NCBI GenBank assembly: GCA_041688005.1
Contig: JBDNJA010000183.1
Location: forward strand, 7,952-71,951
Source: Gammaproteobacteria bacterium
GTDB lineage: Bacteria; Pseudomonadota; Gammaproteobacteria; GCA-001735895
Direction of reading: 5' to 3'
Length of the DNA: 64,000 nt
Shown: one piece after another, positions 29,087 through 39,792 of the stretch
Layout of the letters: each line of letters begins with the position of its first letter
Numbering within the stretch: position 1 is the stretch's first letter
Notes under the pieces: model-generated
The model's input: the letters and a program-made list of their open reading frames with translations, nothing else
Databases searched by the model: none
What the model was told of the DNA's origin: nothing
Made by a program: the position numbers and the translations under genes

Positions 29087-29749
29087 TCATTCGACCATTG
29101 TTAGTCGGCCATTGTGCAATAACACCGATCTATGCATAAATGTCGCCATTTCCTTGCTGTGTGTCACCATCAGTAAACTACTGCCTGCTGATTTGACTAG
29201 ATCAGTAAAAACCGCCATCACTTCGAGGCTAGATTGTTCATCCAGATTGCCGGTTGGCTCATCCGCTAAAACAAGCTCAGGCTTGTGCAGTAACGCTCGA
29301 GCAATGGCAACGCGCTGCTGCTGGCCGCGAGATAACTGATGAGGTGTTTTCTTGAGCAGGCTGGATAGACCTAAGCGATCAATTAACTGAGTCTCAAACG
29401 CATCATCAAACCTTTGGCACAATGCGGCTTGAAATCGAATATTGTCGAGTACCGAGAGCGTCGATATCAAATGAAACTGTTGGAATACCAGGCTAACCTG
29501 ATGACGCCGCATTCTTGCCAGGGCCGACTCACTTAAAGTGCTGAGTCGTTGGCCTGCGAATTCTATGTCACCACTTTGCGCCTTGTCGAGGCCAGCAATC
29601 AAATGCAGCAAGGTGCTCTTGCCACTGCCACTTTCACCGAGAAGCGCGACAGAGCTAGCGGATTGCATTTCGAAACTGATCGAGTCTAAAACACAGACTT
29701 CCCCCCCAGGTTGACCAAATGACTTGCGTAAATTTTTAATCGATAGCAT
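29087..29749 (-). CDS. ABC transporter ATP-binding protein (LolD/YbbA-like)
   Basis: Walker A GESGSGKST, signature LSRGQQQR; 220 aa. Confidence 0.8.
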   Translation of the reverse strand: MLSIKNLRKSFGQPGGEVCVLDSISFEMQSASSVALLGESGSGKSTLLHLIAGLDKAQSGDIEFAGQRLSTLSESALARMRRHQVSLVFQQFHLISTLSVLDNIRFQAALCQRFDDAFETQLIDRLGLSSLLKKTPHQLSRGQQQRVAIARALLHKPELVLADEPTGNLDEQSSLEVMAVFTDLVKSAGSSLLMVTHSKEMATFMHRSVLLHNGRLTMVE

Positions 29750-30249
29750 GACGCGCTATTCTCGTAGCGAAAGCGTACAAGTGCAACTAACTTAAGCTAA
29801 AAAGCCAGACGAGCTATTGGTGATATAATCAATGCTGATTAGAAAGAAAGTTCAGCAACCTATCATTCCAGCTGAATATTGTGTTGATGCGGAGGTGAGT
29901 GCTTAGCCTCGCACCTAAAATTCTTTAGCGACGTAGGCCTAATAAGCCACGGCGCCATCAGGCGTTCTCAACTTACCAATACCATTACACAGACGAATGA
30001 GACAATAATCGCAACAATCGACTTCATGAACTGTTGTGGGGTGCTTGCCGGAAGGCGCTTCGCTTTTCCGGCCTACGCAGCTTAATTTTTGAGGATTATG
30101 CGCTCGTACTAGTCAACCGGTAAGCCTACTGAGCATTCTTGCTAAGCAATTGCCGAATCGGCCAGGCAGCTAAATCCGAGTGTCTTTAGATTGAGGGATA
30201 AGATAACCTAGTTGCCTAACGACTGATTAACACTATTGGGTGCTATGTA

Positions 30250-31386
30250 ATGACAGTAATTTGTGATATCAAGGACTTACAAAAACTAGCGCAAGCCAGA
30301 GTGCCACGCATGTTTTACGATTATGCTGATTCAGGATCGTGGACAGAAAGCACTTACAAAGCCAATCAAAGTGATTTCGGGAAAATAAAACTACGCCAAA
30401 GAGTCGCCGTTGATATTACCAATCGTTCAATCGAAACAAATATAATCGGACAACCGTCAACCATGCCAGTGGCATTAGCACCGGTCGGTTTAACTGGCAT
30501 GCAACATGCGGATGGTGAAATTAAAGCCGCCAAAGCAGCCGAGAAATTTGGGGTGCCTTTCACTTTATCGACGATGAGCATTTGCTCTATCGAAGATGTC
30601 GCTGAAAACACCAGCAAGCCATTCTGGTTTCAATTATACGTCATGCGCGACCGCGACTTTATCGGCCGACTTATTGATCGAGCGAAGGCGGCTAATTGTA
30701 GTGCTTTAATGCTCACACTCGATCTACAAATTCTTGGGCAACGTCACAAGGACATTCGAAACGGACTGGGTGCCCCGCCTAAGCCATCGTTGAATAGTGC
30801 CATTCAAATTCTAAGCCGGCCGCGCTGGTGCCTGAACATGCTAACCACTCGGCGGCACAGTTTTGGCAATATTATTGGTCATGCGACTGGTGTCGGTGAT
30901 TTATCGTCATTGTCATCTTGGACCGCAGAGCAGTTCGACCCTAAGTTATCCTGGGATGACATCGAATGGATTAGAAAGCGTTGGGGTGGCAAACTTATTT
31001 TGAAAGGCATACTTGACCCAGAGGATGCCAAAATGGCCGCAAAAACCGGTGCTGATGCGATTATTGTTTCTAACCACGGTGGTCGACAACTCGATGGCGC
31101 GCAATCATCTATCGCTGCTTTACCTGCCATAGTAGACGCGGTAGGCAGTGACATCGAAGTTCATTTCGATGGCGGTATCCGTTCCGGTCAAGATGTCCTA
31201 AAGGCATTGTGTTTGGGTGCAAAAAGCACCTATATTGGGCGTGCGTTTATTTATGGCCTGGGTGCCAAAGGGGAGGCTGGTGTCAGCGATGCGCTCAATA
31301 TCATTCACTCGGAGCTAGACACAACGATGGCCTTATGTGGAGAACGGTTGGCGTCGAATTTGGGTGGTCATAACTTGCTCACTTAA
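30250..31386 (+). CDS. FMN-dependent alpha-hydroxy-acid dehydrogenase (L-lactate dehydrogenase LldD/glycolate oxidase family)
   Basis: 378 aa TIM-barrel FMN enzyme with family motifs (SNHGGRQLD). Confidence 0.8.
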   Translation: MTVICDIKDLQKLAQARVPRMFYDYADSGSWTESTYKANQSDFGKIKLRQRVAVDITNRSIETNIIGQPSTMPVALAPVGLTGMQHADGEIKAAKAAEKFGVPFTLSTMSICSIEDVAENTSKPFWFQLYVMRDRDFIGRLIDRAKAANCSALMLTLDLQILGQRHKDIRNGLGAPPKPSLNSAIQILSRPRWCLNMLTTRRHSFGNIIGHATGVGDLSSLSSWTAEQFDPKLSWDDIEWIRKRWGGKLILKGILDPEDAKMAAKTGADAIIVSNHGGRQLDGAQSSIAALPAIVDAVGSDIEVHFDGGIRSGQDVLKALCLGAKSTYIGRAFIYGLGAKGEAGVSDALNIIHSELDTTMALCGERLASNLGGHNLLT

Positions 31387-31646
31387 GGGGAAATATTTTA
31401 AAAGATGGCCAATAGTAGCGGTAACGAAATGCTTCATTGTAACCTAGCTGGTTTGTTATCGGCAGCCACTCGATTAATGAGGTGGCCCTGCTTTTATTTT
31501 TAGGCATTGGCTGGTTTTGGTGTATTGGCAGTTGGGCGCCGAAGCTAAAGTAATTTAAACGCATCGTAATTGATATAGGTCATTAACCGATGAGGCATTA
31601 AGGGGAAGATTATCCTCACTAAACTGATGGATGAAAGGAGAGAGTT

Positions 31647-32480
31647 ATGAATATAAAAGACATACTGGTTTACGCCGACGGCAGCGATGCTTTCGAGTCA
31701 CGTTTAAATTACAGCATTGCGCTGGCGCAAAGTAGCAGCGCACACCTGACGGCCCTTTACATCGTTCCGAGGTATACCGTACATGCCTATGTTGGTATGT
31801 CGATGGACCCGGGCATTATTCAGCAAACGAATGAGCGAGAGTGGGACGAGGCTCGCGCGACCCAGCAAAAATTTGAAAACATGACGAAGACCTCGGATAT
31901 TGATGTCGAGTGGCGCGTTGAGGAAGGAGACGCTGCTTACTATCTTAATAGTCACGGTCGTTACTTCGATCTAGTGGTGCTTGGTCAGACTAACCCTGAA
32001 TGGGACGATGCTCTGTTTACTGGTCTGGCTGACGATCTGGTCATCAGTCTGGGCCGACCGGCATTGGTGGTGCCTTATGTTGGCGCACTCGCTAAACCTG
32101 CGAATCGTATACTGGTAGCCTGGGATGGTAGTCATTCAGCAGCACGCGCGGTAAACGACGCGATGCCTTTTCTGAAAGCGGCAGATCAGGTCGAAGTGAT
32201 GACGATAAATTCGAGTAAATCGACCCTCGATAAAGGGGATATCCCTGCTATCGATATTAGCTTGCATCTCGCTCGACATGGCGTTAAAGCAACCGCGAAG
32301 AGCCTGCATGCTGAGGACATCAGCGCTGGCGATTTAATTTTATCTCACGCCTGTGATTTTGGGGCCGACTTACTCGTCATGGGTGCTTACGGGCATTCAC
32401 GGTTTAGGGAGTTGATCCTTGGCGGCGTAACGCGCAATTTATTACAGCACATGACATTACCCGTATTGATGTCACACTAA
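31647..32480 (+). CDS. Universal stress protein, tandem UspA domains
   Basis: 277 aa; two Usp domains with C-terminal GxxGHS..GSV-like motifs. Confidence 0.75.
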   Translation: MNIKDILVYADGSDAFESRLNYSIALAQSSSAHLTALYIVPRYTVHAYVGMSMDPGIIQQTNEREWDEARATQQKFENMTKTSDIDVEWRVEEGDAAYYLNSHGRYFDLVVLGQTNPEWDDALFTGLADDLVISLGRPALVVPYVGALAKPANRILVAWDGSHSAARAVNDAMPFLKAADQVEVMTINSSKSTLDKGDIPAIDISLHLARHGVKATAKSLHAEDISAGDLILSHACDFGADLLVMGAYGHSRFRELILGGVTRNLLQHMTLPVLMSH

Positions 32481-32495
32481 TTCAGGAGCAATGAG

Positions 32496-33356
32496 ATGTT
32501 GGGTGCCCAGAAAAAACTTTTTGTTATTGTCGACCCCACGGCTACTCAACAACTGGCGCTGGAAAAAGCAATACTGATTGCCAGCACGATCAATTGTGAA
32601 ATCCATGCCTACGTTTGCGTATACGCAGAGTTATCTCAATATCCCGAATATTCATCCCGCCAGGATTTAAAGTTTCATACCCTGGAGCTGACTCGAGAAA
32701 ATTTGGATGGATGGATGCAGCGATGTCGCGACAATGATATTCCATTCTCAACCGAAGTTTCGTGGAATCAAAACTGGGTCGAAATGGCCACGCAAGCGGT
32801 AGCCCGTTCAGGTTGCGATCTGGTGATTAAGTCGAGTTTTTACCATGATAAAGTGAAGCGATTTCTTTACAAAACCTCAGACTTTTACCTCATGCGATAT
32901 TGTTCAAGTCCGGTATTGTTCACCCATCTTCCACAGCAATGGCAATCTAGTCACATGGTCGCCTGTGTTGACCTTGAGTCGAGTGATGTCGAGCATAAAA
33001 GGCTAAACAATAGCATCATTAAAAATGCGAAAGCTCTGTCGACTACTCTGGGAATGGAACTGTACATTGCCGCCGCCTATGACAAGGGTATCAATGACAG
33101 CGTATTGCAACTGGGTGTCGAATCTTCGGGTGGCACCCGAGAAAGTCTGGCTGAAATTTTTGGGGTCGATGTTGACCACCTATTATTACGCCAGGGTGCT
33201 ACGGTAGAAACTCTCCATAATATTAGCGAAGAAATAGAAGCTAGCATTATGGTCATTGGCTCACTCGCTCGCACTGGCATTAATGGCAAGCTTATTGGAA
33301 ATACAGCAGAAAAACTTCTGGATTCAGTGAATGCGGATATCGTAACGATTAGCTAG
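32496..33356 (+). CDS. Universal stress protein, tandem UspA domains
   Basis: 286 aa; second Usp paralogue, 15 bp after the first. Confidence 0.7.
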   Translation: MLGAQKKLFVIVDPTATQQLALEKAILIASTINCEIHAYVCVYAELSQYPEYSSRQDLKFHTLELTRENLDGWMQRCRDNDIPFSTEVSWNQNWVEMATQAVARSGCDLVIKSSFYHDKVKRFLYKTSDFYLMRYCSSPVLFTHLPQQWQSSHMVACVDLESSDVEHKRLNNSIIKNAKALSTTLGMELYIAAAYDKGINDSVLQLGVESSGGTRESLAEIFGVDVDHLLLRQGATVETLHNISEEIEASIMVIGSLARTGINGKLIGNTAEKLLDSVNADIVTIS

Positions 33357-33475
33357 AGGGTATCTCAAAAATACCTGAATGATGTGCAATAGGGCTAGTC
33401 GTCAAGACGATGCCTGCTTTTCTCGGCTACTTGCCATTTTATGAAGGTAATCTATAACCCTGTTTAGGTGTAATC

Positions 33476-34288
33476 ATGCAAGACAGAAGTGAGGCAAAAA
33501 TGCAGCGGCCTATCGACGCCTATGCGCCTGCCGAAATAGCAACACGGGTCAATAACTCGGGCATCAGAAAAGCTGGTATGCCTTTGCTGCCATTGGCAAC
33601 ACTGGGATTGCTCGCGGGAATTTTTATCGCGTTTGGCGCGATGTTTTACACCATCGTCATTACTGGTAGCTCGCTTGGTTTTGGGCCAACTAGGCTGGTT
33701 GGCGGTGTCGTTTTTAGTCTCGGACTTATACTGGTTGTGGTGGCTGGCGCCGAACTCTTTACGGGCAATAATTTAATTGTAATAGCCTGGGCACAGGGAG
33801 ATGTTTCCAGCAAACAATTGTTACGTAATTGGACCATTGTTTATCTCACAAATTTCATCGGTGCAAGCCTGACTGCCTATGTTGTGACTTTTTCGGGGAC
33901 ACTTGACCTTGCAGATGGCGCGGTTCGTGCCAACGCACTGGCTATTGTAAACCATAAGGTAGGCCTTGATTTTGTTCAGGCATTTTTCAGTGCGATGTTG
34001 TGTAACTCTCTGGTTTGTCTGGCTATTTGGCTGAGTATGGCGGCACATACAGTATCGGGAAAAATAATAGCGATTATCTTTCCCATTTCGGCCTTTGTGA
34101 CACTCGGCTTTGAGCATTCGGTGGCTAATATGTATTTTTTCGGTCTGTTCATTTTCCAGCCGGGTAGTGGTATCGGGTTACTTGATCTATTGAAAAATTT
34201 ATTACCCGTTACGCTTGGTAACATTGTTGGCGGGAGCGGACTGGTTGCTTTGGTGTACTGGATTTGTTATCTGCGACAGGCGAGATAG
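33476..34288 (+). CDS. Formate/nitrite transporter (FNT) family channel
   Basis: 270 aa; FNT hallmarks (conserved His within GFEHSVANMYF); six TM segments. Confidence 0.75.
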   Translation: MQDRSEAKMQRPIDAYAPAEIATRVNNSGIRKAGMPLLPLATLGLLAGIFIAFGAMFYTIVITGSSLGFGPTRLVGGVVFSLGLILVVVAGAELFTGNNLIVIAWAQGDVSSKQLLRNWTIVYLTNFIGASLTAYVVTFSGTLDLADGAVRANALAIVNHKVGLDFVQAFFSAMLCNSLVCLAIWLSMAAHTVSGKIIAIIFPISAFVTLGFEHSVANMYFFGLFIFQPGSGIGLLDLLKNLLPVTLGNIVGGSGLVALVYWICYLRQAR

Positions 34289-34327
34289 TGGCTGGATGAA
34301 TCGACCCTTTCGATAACCTGCAAACGT

Positions 34328-35533
34328 ATGGATACGCCAACCATCATTATGCACATCGCAATCATGTTAATTGCGGCGCGTGTATTGGGTGAGCTAGCCG
34401 CGCAGCTAAACGTGCCATCGGTGATTGGTGAGCTTGTCGCTGGTGTTTTGTTAGGTCCTACATTGTTTGGGCTAATTGAGCCAGATGGAATGGTACGTAT
34501 CCTGGCTGAAATTGGCATCATTTTGCTGCTGTTTCAAATCGGATTAGAAACTGATATTGGCGATCTGGTTAACGCAGGTGCTAAATCTACAGTCGTCGCG
34601 ATTGGCGGTTTTATATTGCCTTTTAGCTTTTGCTTCATTCTTAGTCGCTACTGGTTTGAGTTAGATATGCTGGTATCACTTTTGGTAGCAGGCACTATGA
34701 CCGCAACCAGTATCGGCATCACCATGCGATCGTTAGCCGACCTGGGGCGGGCAAGGAGTAAAGAGGGTCAGATCGTTCTGGGAGCGGCCGTAATAGATGA
34801 TGTTCTTGGAGTTTTGTTACTGGCTTTTCTATTCGATTTTGCAACTAACGGAAGGGTCGATTTACAAAGCGCCGCTCAAATACTTCTGTTTATACTGATA
34901 TTTTTTCTTATCGCCCCGACCCTGGCGAAGGCGATTAGTTTCCTTATCCTGCGTTTCGAACATCGAAGCCTGATTCCAGGCATCGTACCAACCACGATCG
35001 TATCACTGGTTTTGTTTCTAGCCTGGTTATCGCACGCCATCGGCGTGCCCGAATTGCTCGGTGGCTTCGCCACAGGCCTAGCATTGTCGCGACGTTTCTT
35101 TATTCCATTTGGCGTTGCTTTAAGAGCAGAGCCGGAATTCTCTAATCATGTGCATGATCAAATGAAACCGATTATTCAGTTGTTCACACCGATGTTTTTT
35201 GTTTCCGTGGGCCTCACGCTAGACCTAAGTTCGATAGACTGGGGGTCGCAATTTTTCTGGTATTTTTCGATCTCATTAACAGTGCTCGCTGTTCTGTCGA
35301 AGGTTGGTGCTGCTTTACTCATTAGTGAAAAATTAGTCCGAAAAATAGCGATTGGTATGGCAATGGTGCCGAGAGGAGAAGTTGGTTTGATATTTGCTGA
35401 ACTGGGACGTTCCTCGGGCGTATTTAACAATGAAATTTACGCAACCCTTGTGATTGTGATTGCCTACACAACATTGTTCACGCCATTCTGGCTTCGAATG
35501 TTTTATAAAAGGTTTGGTAACCAACTGGATTAA
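34328..35533 (+). CDS. Cation:proton antiporter (CPA1/CPA2 Na+/H+ exchanger family)
   Basis: 401 aa polytopic Na_H_exchanger-like protein. Confidence 0.7.
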   Translation: MDTPTIIMHIAIMLIAARVLGELAAQLNVPSVIGELVAGVLLGPTLFGLIEPDGMVRILAEIGIILLLFQIGLETDIGDLVNAGAKSTVVAIGGFILPFSFCFILSRYWFELDMLVSLLVAGTMTATSIGITMRSLADLGRARSKEGQIVLGAAVIDDVLGVLLLAFLFDFATNGRVDLQSAAQILLFILIFFLIAPTLAKAISFLILRFEHRSLIPGIVPTTIVSLVLFLAWLSHAIGVPELLGGFATGLALSRRFFIPFGVALRAEPEFSNHVHDQMKPIIQLFTPMFFVSVGLTLDLSSIDWGSQFFWYFSISLTVLAVLSKVGAALLISEKLVRKIAIGMAMVPRGEVGLIFAELGRSSGVFNNEIYATLVIVIAYTTLFTPFWLRMFYKRFGNQLD

Positions 35534-35737
35534 AACCGATTGGACTTACAAAAATGGGATTCTAAGGAAAAGCTGGCATACAGATGTCAACATCTGTGTT
35601 TTCGATCTGCTGCCTGATTTCGTGCAGAACAAAGTAGCGGTTATATTGGCTAAACCCTTTGTGAATATTATAGGTTAGCACTTTAAGCATAATGCAGATC
35701 CGTGATGTAGATCGATCAACATATTACCTCTAAGACC

Positions 35738-35778
35738 CCACATAAAATCGCTTATCAGTTGAGATTTTATGTGGGATC
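35738..35778. terminator. 13-bp perfect inverted repeat CCCACATAAAATC-N14-GATTTTATGTGGG between convergent genes
   Basis: Read directly; lies between the antiporter (+) and a Usp gene (-). Confidence 0.45.
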
Positions 35779-35820
35779 ATATAGGCTGATAACTAAATAA
35801 TCGAGCCTGCAAGCTGCTGG

Positions 35821-36636
35821 TTAGTGAGAAAACAAAACAGGTAAATTAGCATGACCCAGCATGTATTCTGTCGCCCCACCGAGTACTTGTTCGCGAAATC
35901 GAGAATGGCCGTAGGCACCCATGACGATCATTTCGCTTTTTAATGTCATGGCTTGATTGAGCAAGGTTTTGCCAGCATTAAAACTACTGCCTTCAACCGG
36001 ATGTACATTCACTTTGATACCGTGGTGGGTAATATGTTTAGCGATATCGTTCGCCTCTGTTTCATTAGATGCAACAGATACCAGGTCAACCTGCTCTGCC
36101 TGACTCATTATGGGCAGGGCTAATCTCAATGCGCGCGCACTCTCATGGCTGCCATTCCAGGCGACTAGTACCCGCTTTGGTAACCGGGTCGGTGCTGGTA
36201 GATCCTCGGGTAATGCCAGTACTGGGCAGGCCGAGATTGGCAATATCTCTGCTAACTGAAAATCGTGATTGAGGTCCGTTTTTTTACCGTATCGGCCAGG
36301 GACAACGAGTAAATCGGCGTATCGACTTTGTATACTTAATGCGTTCGACAGTAAATCATTAACAATTCGAAATTCTCCTGAAATGCCCTTTGCAGCCGAA
36401 TTTTCCTTGAATAGTGCTTCTACCTCCCCTTTCTGCTGCCTTGCATTTTCATCCATTGTCTCGAATGCGGAGCTTGGTAAATAGGCATATGGGTATGGGT
36501 GAACCTTAAGCACTCTATGGCAATATAGCCCCGCCAGATGAGCGCCAAGCTGGTTACATAATTTAGCAGTAGCAGTAATGCGATCAGCACAGTTTGTATC
36601 GTTATCGAGATATATTAAAATGTCCTTGATAGTCAT
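35821..36636 (-). CDS. Universal stress protein, tandem UspA domains
   Basis: 271 aa; third tandem-Usp paralogue in the locus. Confidence 0.7.
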   Translation of the reverse strand: MTIKDILIYLDNDTNCADRITATAKLCNQLGAHLAGLYCHRVLKVHPYPYAYLPSSAFETMDENARQQKGEVEALFKENSAAKGISGEFRIVNDLLSNALSIQSRYADLLVVPGRYGKKTDLNHDFQLAEILPISACPVLALPEDLPAPTRLPKRVLVAWNGSHESARALRLALPIMSQAEQVDLVSVASNETEANDIAKHITHHGIKVNVHPVEGSSFNAGKTLLNQAMTLKSEMIVMGAYGHSRFREQVLGGATEYMLGHANLPVLFSH

Positions 36637-36807
36637 GTTGAGCCTCGCGGTTTCTGTTAATGTTATATTTAGCCTGCCCTTTCAATAATAAAGCCTCTTG
36701 ATTTAAGTCAAGTCAGCGCAGTATTTTTTGGTGTCGAAATGAGATGTTTAGATGCTAGAATCCGTCTCTGAATTTACCGCTGATTTTACCTTGGGCAGAA
36801 CACTCGC

Positions 36808-38763
36808 ATGAATCAATCGACACCACTTTGGCAGCCTGGCAAACAACTGATTAATGATGCTTTGATCACGAAATTTATCGAAAATGTAAATCGCGAATTT
36901 AAGCTTTCGCTGGCATCTTTCGATGAACTGTACGATTGGTCTATCGAGGAAAAAGAAAACTTCTGGTCAATCCTGTGGGATTTTGCCGAAGTCGTTGGCG
37001 ACAAGGGCGAACGAATCTTAATCGATGGGGATGATATCGAGAAAGCCGAGTGGTTCCCCGATGCCAAGCTCAACTTTGCCGAAAATTTGTTACGCGCACC
37101 TTCGAGTGACAAGCGTGATGATATTGCGATTTATTTTCGGGCCGAAAATCAGGTCGAGTATTACTTAACTTATCGGCAACTACATGATCAGATAGCCAGC
37201 GTTGCCGAGTGGCTGCGTGCCAATGGGCTTCAGGCGGGAGACCGGGTTGCCGCGTATATGCCAAACATGCCTGAAACGGTCGTCGCGATGCTGGCCGCGA
37301 CCAGCATCGGCGCGATATGGACTTCGACCTCCCCAGATTTTGGTGAAGAAAGTGTCATCGATCGCTTTGGTCAAACTGAGCCCCAATTTTTATTTACGGT
37401 GGATGGATACTTTTACAATGGTAAAAAAATAGACCTGTCAGGCAAGGTCAAAAAAATTACAGCGGCTTTGCCGAGCCTTGAAGGCACGATTCTGGTCAAC
37501 CTCGCTGGATTAGGCAGCGATTTGTCGGTCACTCACTGGGATGACATTATCGCTAATCCTGTCGATACCATCGATTTTCATCCCAGTAATTTTAACGACC
37601 CTCTGTATGTGTTGTATTCCTCCGGCACGACTGGAAAACCCAAGTGCATTACCCACCGGGTAGGTGGTGTGTTGCTGCAACATTTAAAAGAACAGATGCT
37701 ACACGGCGATATTCGACCGGGTGATCGTGTGTTTTATTTCACTACCTGTGGCTGGATGATGTGGAATTGGCTGGTGAGTGTACTGGCTTGCAAAGCATCA
37801 TTGGTGTTGTACGACGGATCACCCTTTTATCCCGATGGTAATATCCTTTGGGATTATGCCGAGTCGGTTAAGCTAACTCAATTTGGTACGTCGGCGAAGT
37901 ATATCGATGCACTTAAAAAGGGTTATTTGGTGCCAGGATCAAATTACGACTTGAGTTCGCTTCGAACCATTTGGTCTACTGGATCGGTGTTAGCGCCTGA
38001 AAGCTTCGATTATGTTTACGACAGTATTAAGCAGGATGTTTGCCTATCGTCAATTTCAGGCGGCACGGATATCGTTTCGTGCTTTGTGCTGGGTTGCCCG
38101 ATACTGCCAGTCTATCGGGGAGAGAGTCAATGCCGTGGTTTAGGTTTAGCGGTCGATGTGTTTGATGATGAAGGCGTATCGATCAAGAACCAAAAAGGTG
38201 AGCTAGTCTGCACCCAAACCTTTCCCTGCCAACCGGTGTATTTTTGGGGCGATGCCGACGGACAGAAATATCATAACGCCTATTTTGCGCATTTTGAAAA
38301 TGTATGGCACCACGGCGATTATGTGATGCTGAATGATCATGGCGGCGTCACTATATACGGGCGTTCAGACGCGACCTTAAATCCGGGTGGCGTGCGTATC
38401 GGCACGGCTGAAATCTATCGTCATGTCGAGCAAATAGAAGAAGTGGTCGAAAGCATTGTGATCGGTCAGGACTGGGACTCTGATGTGCGCGTCGTATTGT
38501 TTGTCGTGCTGCGACCCGGTTTAACATTAAATGATGCATTAATAGCAAGAATCAGGTTAACGATTAGAGAGAAGTGTACGCCTCGGCACATGCCCGCCAA
38601 GGTGATTCAGGTGTCGGAAATTCCTCGCACCAAGTCGGGCAAAATAGTGGAGCTGGCAGTACGGGAAGTAGTGCATAATCGCGTGGTGAAAAATATTCAC
38701 TCTCTTGCGAATCCGCAAGCCCTAGAGCTTTATCGTGATATAGCTGAACTGCAAATCGATTAG
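36808..38763 (+). CDS. Acetoacetyl-CoA synthetase (acetoacetate-CoA ligase)
   Basis: 651 aa; N-terminal region and AMP-binding core typical of acetoacetyl-CoA synthetases (YSSGTTGKPK). Confidence 0.75.
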   Translation: MNQSTPLWQPGKQLINDALITKFIENVNREFKLSLASFDELYDWSIEEKENFWSILWDFAEVVGDKGERILIDGDDIEKAEWFPDAKLNFAENLLRAPSSDKRDDIAIYFRAENQVEYYLTYRQLHDQIASVAEWLRANGLQAGDRVAAYMPNMPETVVAMLAATSIGAIWTSTSPDFGEESVIDRFGQTEPQFLFTVDGYFYNGKKIDLSGKVKKITAALPSLEGTILVNLAGLGSDLSVTHWDDIIANPVDTIDFHPSNFNDPLYVLYSSGTTGKPKCITHRVGGVLLQHLKEQMLHGDIRPGDRVFYFTTCGWMMWNWLVSVLACKASLVLYDGSPFYPDGNILWDYAESVKLTQFGTSAKYIDALKKGYLVPGSNYDLSSLRTIWSTGSVLAPESFDYVYDSIKQDVCLSSISGGTDIVSCFVLGCPILPVYRGESQCRGLGLAVDVFDDEGVSIKNQKGELVCTQTFPCQPVYFWGDADGQKYHNAYFAHFENVWHHGDYVMLNDHGGVTIYGRSDATLNPGGVRIGTAEIYRHVEQIEEVVESIVIGQDWDSDVRVVLFVVLRPGLTLNDALIARIRLTIREKCTPRHMPAKVIQVSEIPRTKSGKIVELAVREVVHNRVVKNIHSLANPQALELYRDIAELQID

Positions 38764-38803
38764 CTCAGTCTTCACTGGCTGTCCACCACAGGAAGTCCAC
38801 TAA

Positions 38804-39688
38804 ATGTCCAATAGAACAACGCTAATCAATTGGCTGTTGTTGATGTGCCTCGTTTTTCTCTGGGGCACTTCATTCATGTTTATCTCGATCTCGATCGAGA
38901 GCCAGCATCCTCTAACAACCGTTTTTTACCGAGTATTAATTGGTGCTTTGATATTGGGCGTTGTGGTTTATGCTAAAGGATTGAGGCTACCCTTTACGGT
39001 CAGCGCCTGGCTGGCTTTTCTGGTGATGGGAATCGTTGGCTATGTACTACCTTTCTTCCTCATTTCCTGGGGACAGTTGTCGGTCAACTCAGGTATTGCA
39101 GGAATGATCATGGCGACCATGCCACTGATCACGATGATACTGGCGCATTATCTGGTCGACGGTGAAAACCTAAATCGCTACAAAATACTAGGGTTCATGT
39201 TTGGCATTGGTGGTATTACGGTATTACTCGGCCCGGTATTCGAAGGCGGTGGTCAGGCTGTGTTTGGCGGCCTGTCTATTTTTATCGCGGCTAGCAGTTA
39301 TGCGGCGAATTCAATACTGGTACGACGCTTACCAAAGTTTAATCCCTTCATCAGTGCTCTGGGCGTATTGATTGCCGCAACTCTAGTCGTTTTTCCGATC
39401 TGGTTGTTTATCGTGCCTGCCAGCAATACGGAGGTTTCGACCTTGGCATTAAGCTCGACAATTTGGTTGGGCATTGGGCCAACGGCTTTAGCAACGTTAT
39501 TGCTGTTCGCGGTGATTGATCGGACAGGGCCGACCTTTCTGTCGACTATTAATTACATGATTCCGGTAGTTGCATTTTTTACCGGGGCTTACGTATTGTC
39601 AGAGCCAGTCGAGCCATCGAGTATTGTTGCTTTGGTTATTATTCTCAGTGGTATTGCATTGACTCGTTTTCGCGCTAACCAATTATGA
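38804..39688 (+). CDS. EamA/DMT-family transporter
   Basis: 294 aa, ten TM helices, duplicated EamA domains. Confidence 0.7.
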   Translation: MSNRTTLINWLLLMCLVFLWGTSFMFISISIESQHPLTTVFYRVLIGALILGVVVYAKGLRLPFTVSAWLAFLVMGIVGYVLPFFLISWGQLSVNSGIAGMIMATMPLITMILAHYLVDGENLNRYKILGFMFGIGGITVLLGPVFEGGGQAVFGGLSIFIAASSYAANSILVRRLPKFNPFISALGVLIAATLVVFPIWLFIVPASNTEVSTLALSSTIWLGIGPTALATLLLFAVIDRTGPTFLSTINYMIPVVAFFTGAYVLSEPVEPSSIVALVIILSGIALTRFRANQL

Positions 39689-39698
39689 GATGCCGCCA

Positions 39699-39730
39699 TA
39701 AAAAAAGCGCAGCTCAGAAGCTGCGCTTTA
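39699..39730. terminator. Bidirectional rho-independent terminator AAAAAAAGCGCAGC-tcagaa-GCTGCGCTTT
   Basis: GC stem flanked by an A-run and a T-run, between convergent eamA-like and mdh genes. Confidence 0.6.
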
Positions 39731-39792
39731 AATGTCTAAATTACCCTAAAATTACTAAAGTAATCTAAAAGGTATTTTTAAAGTAGGGATAT

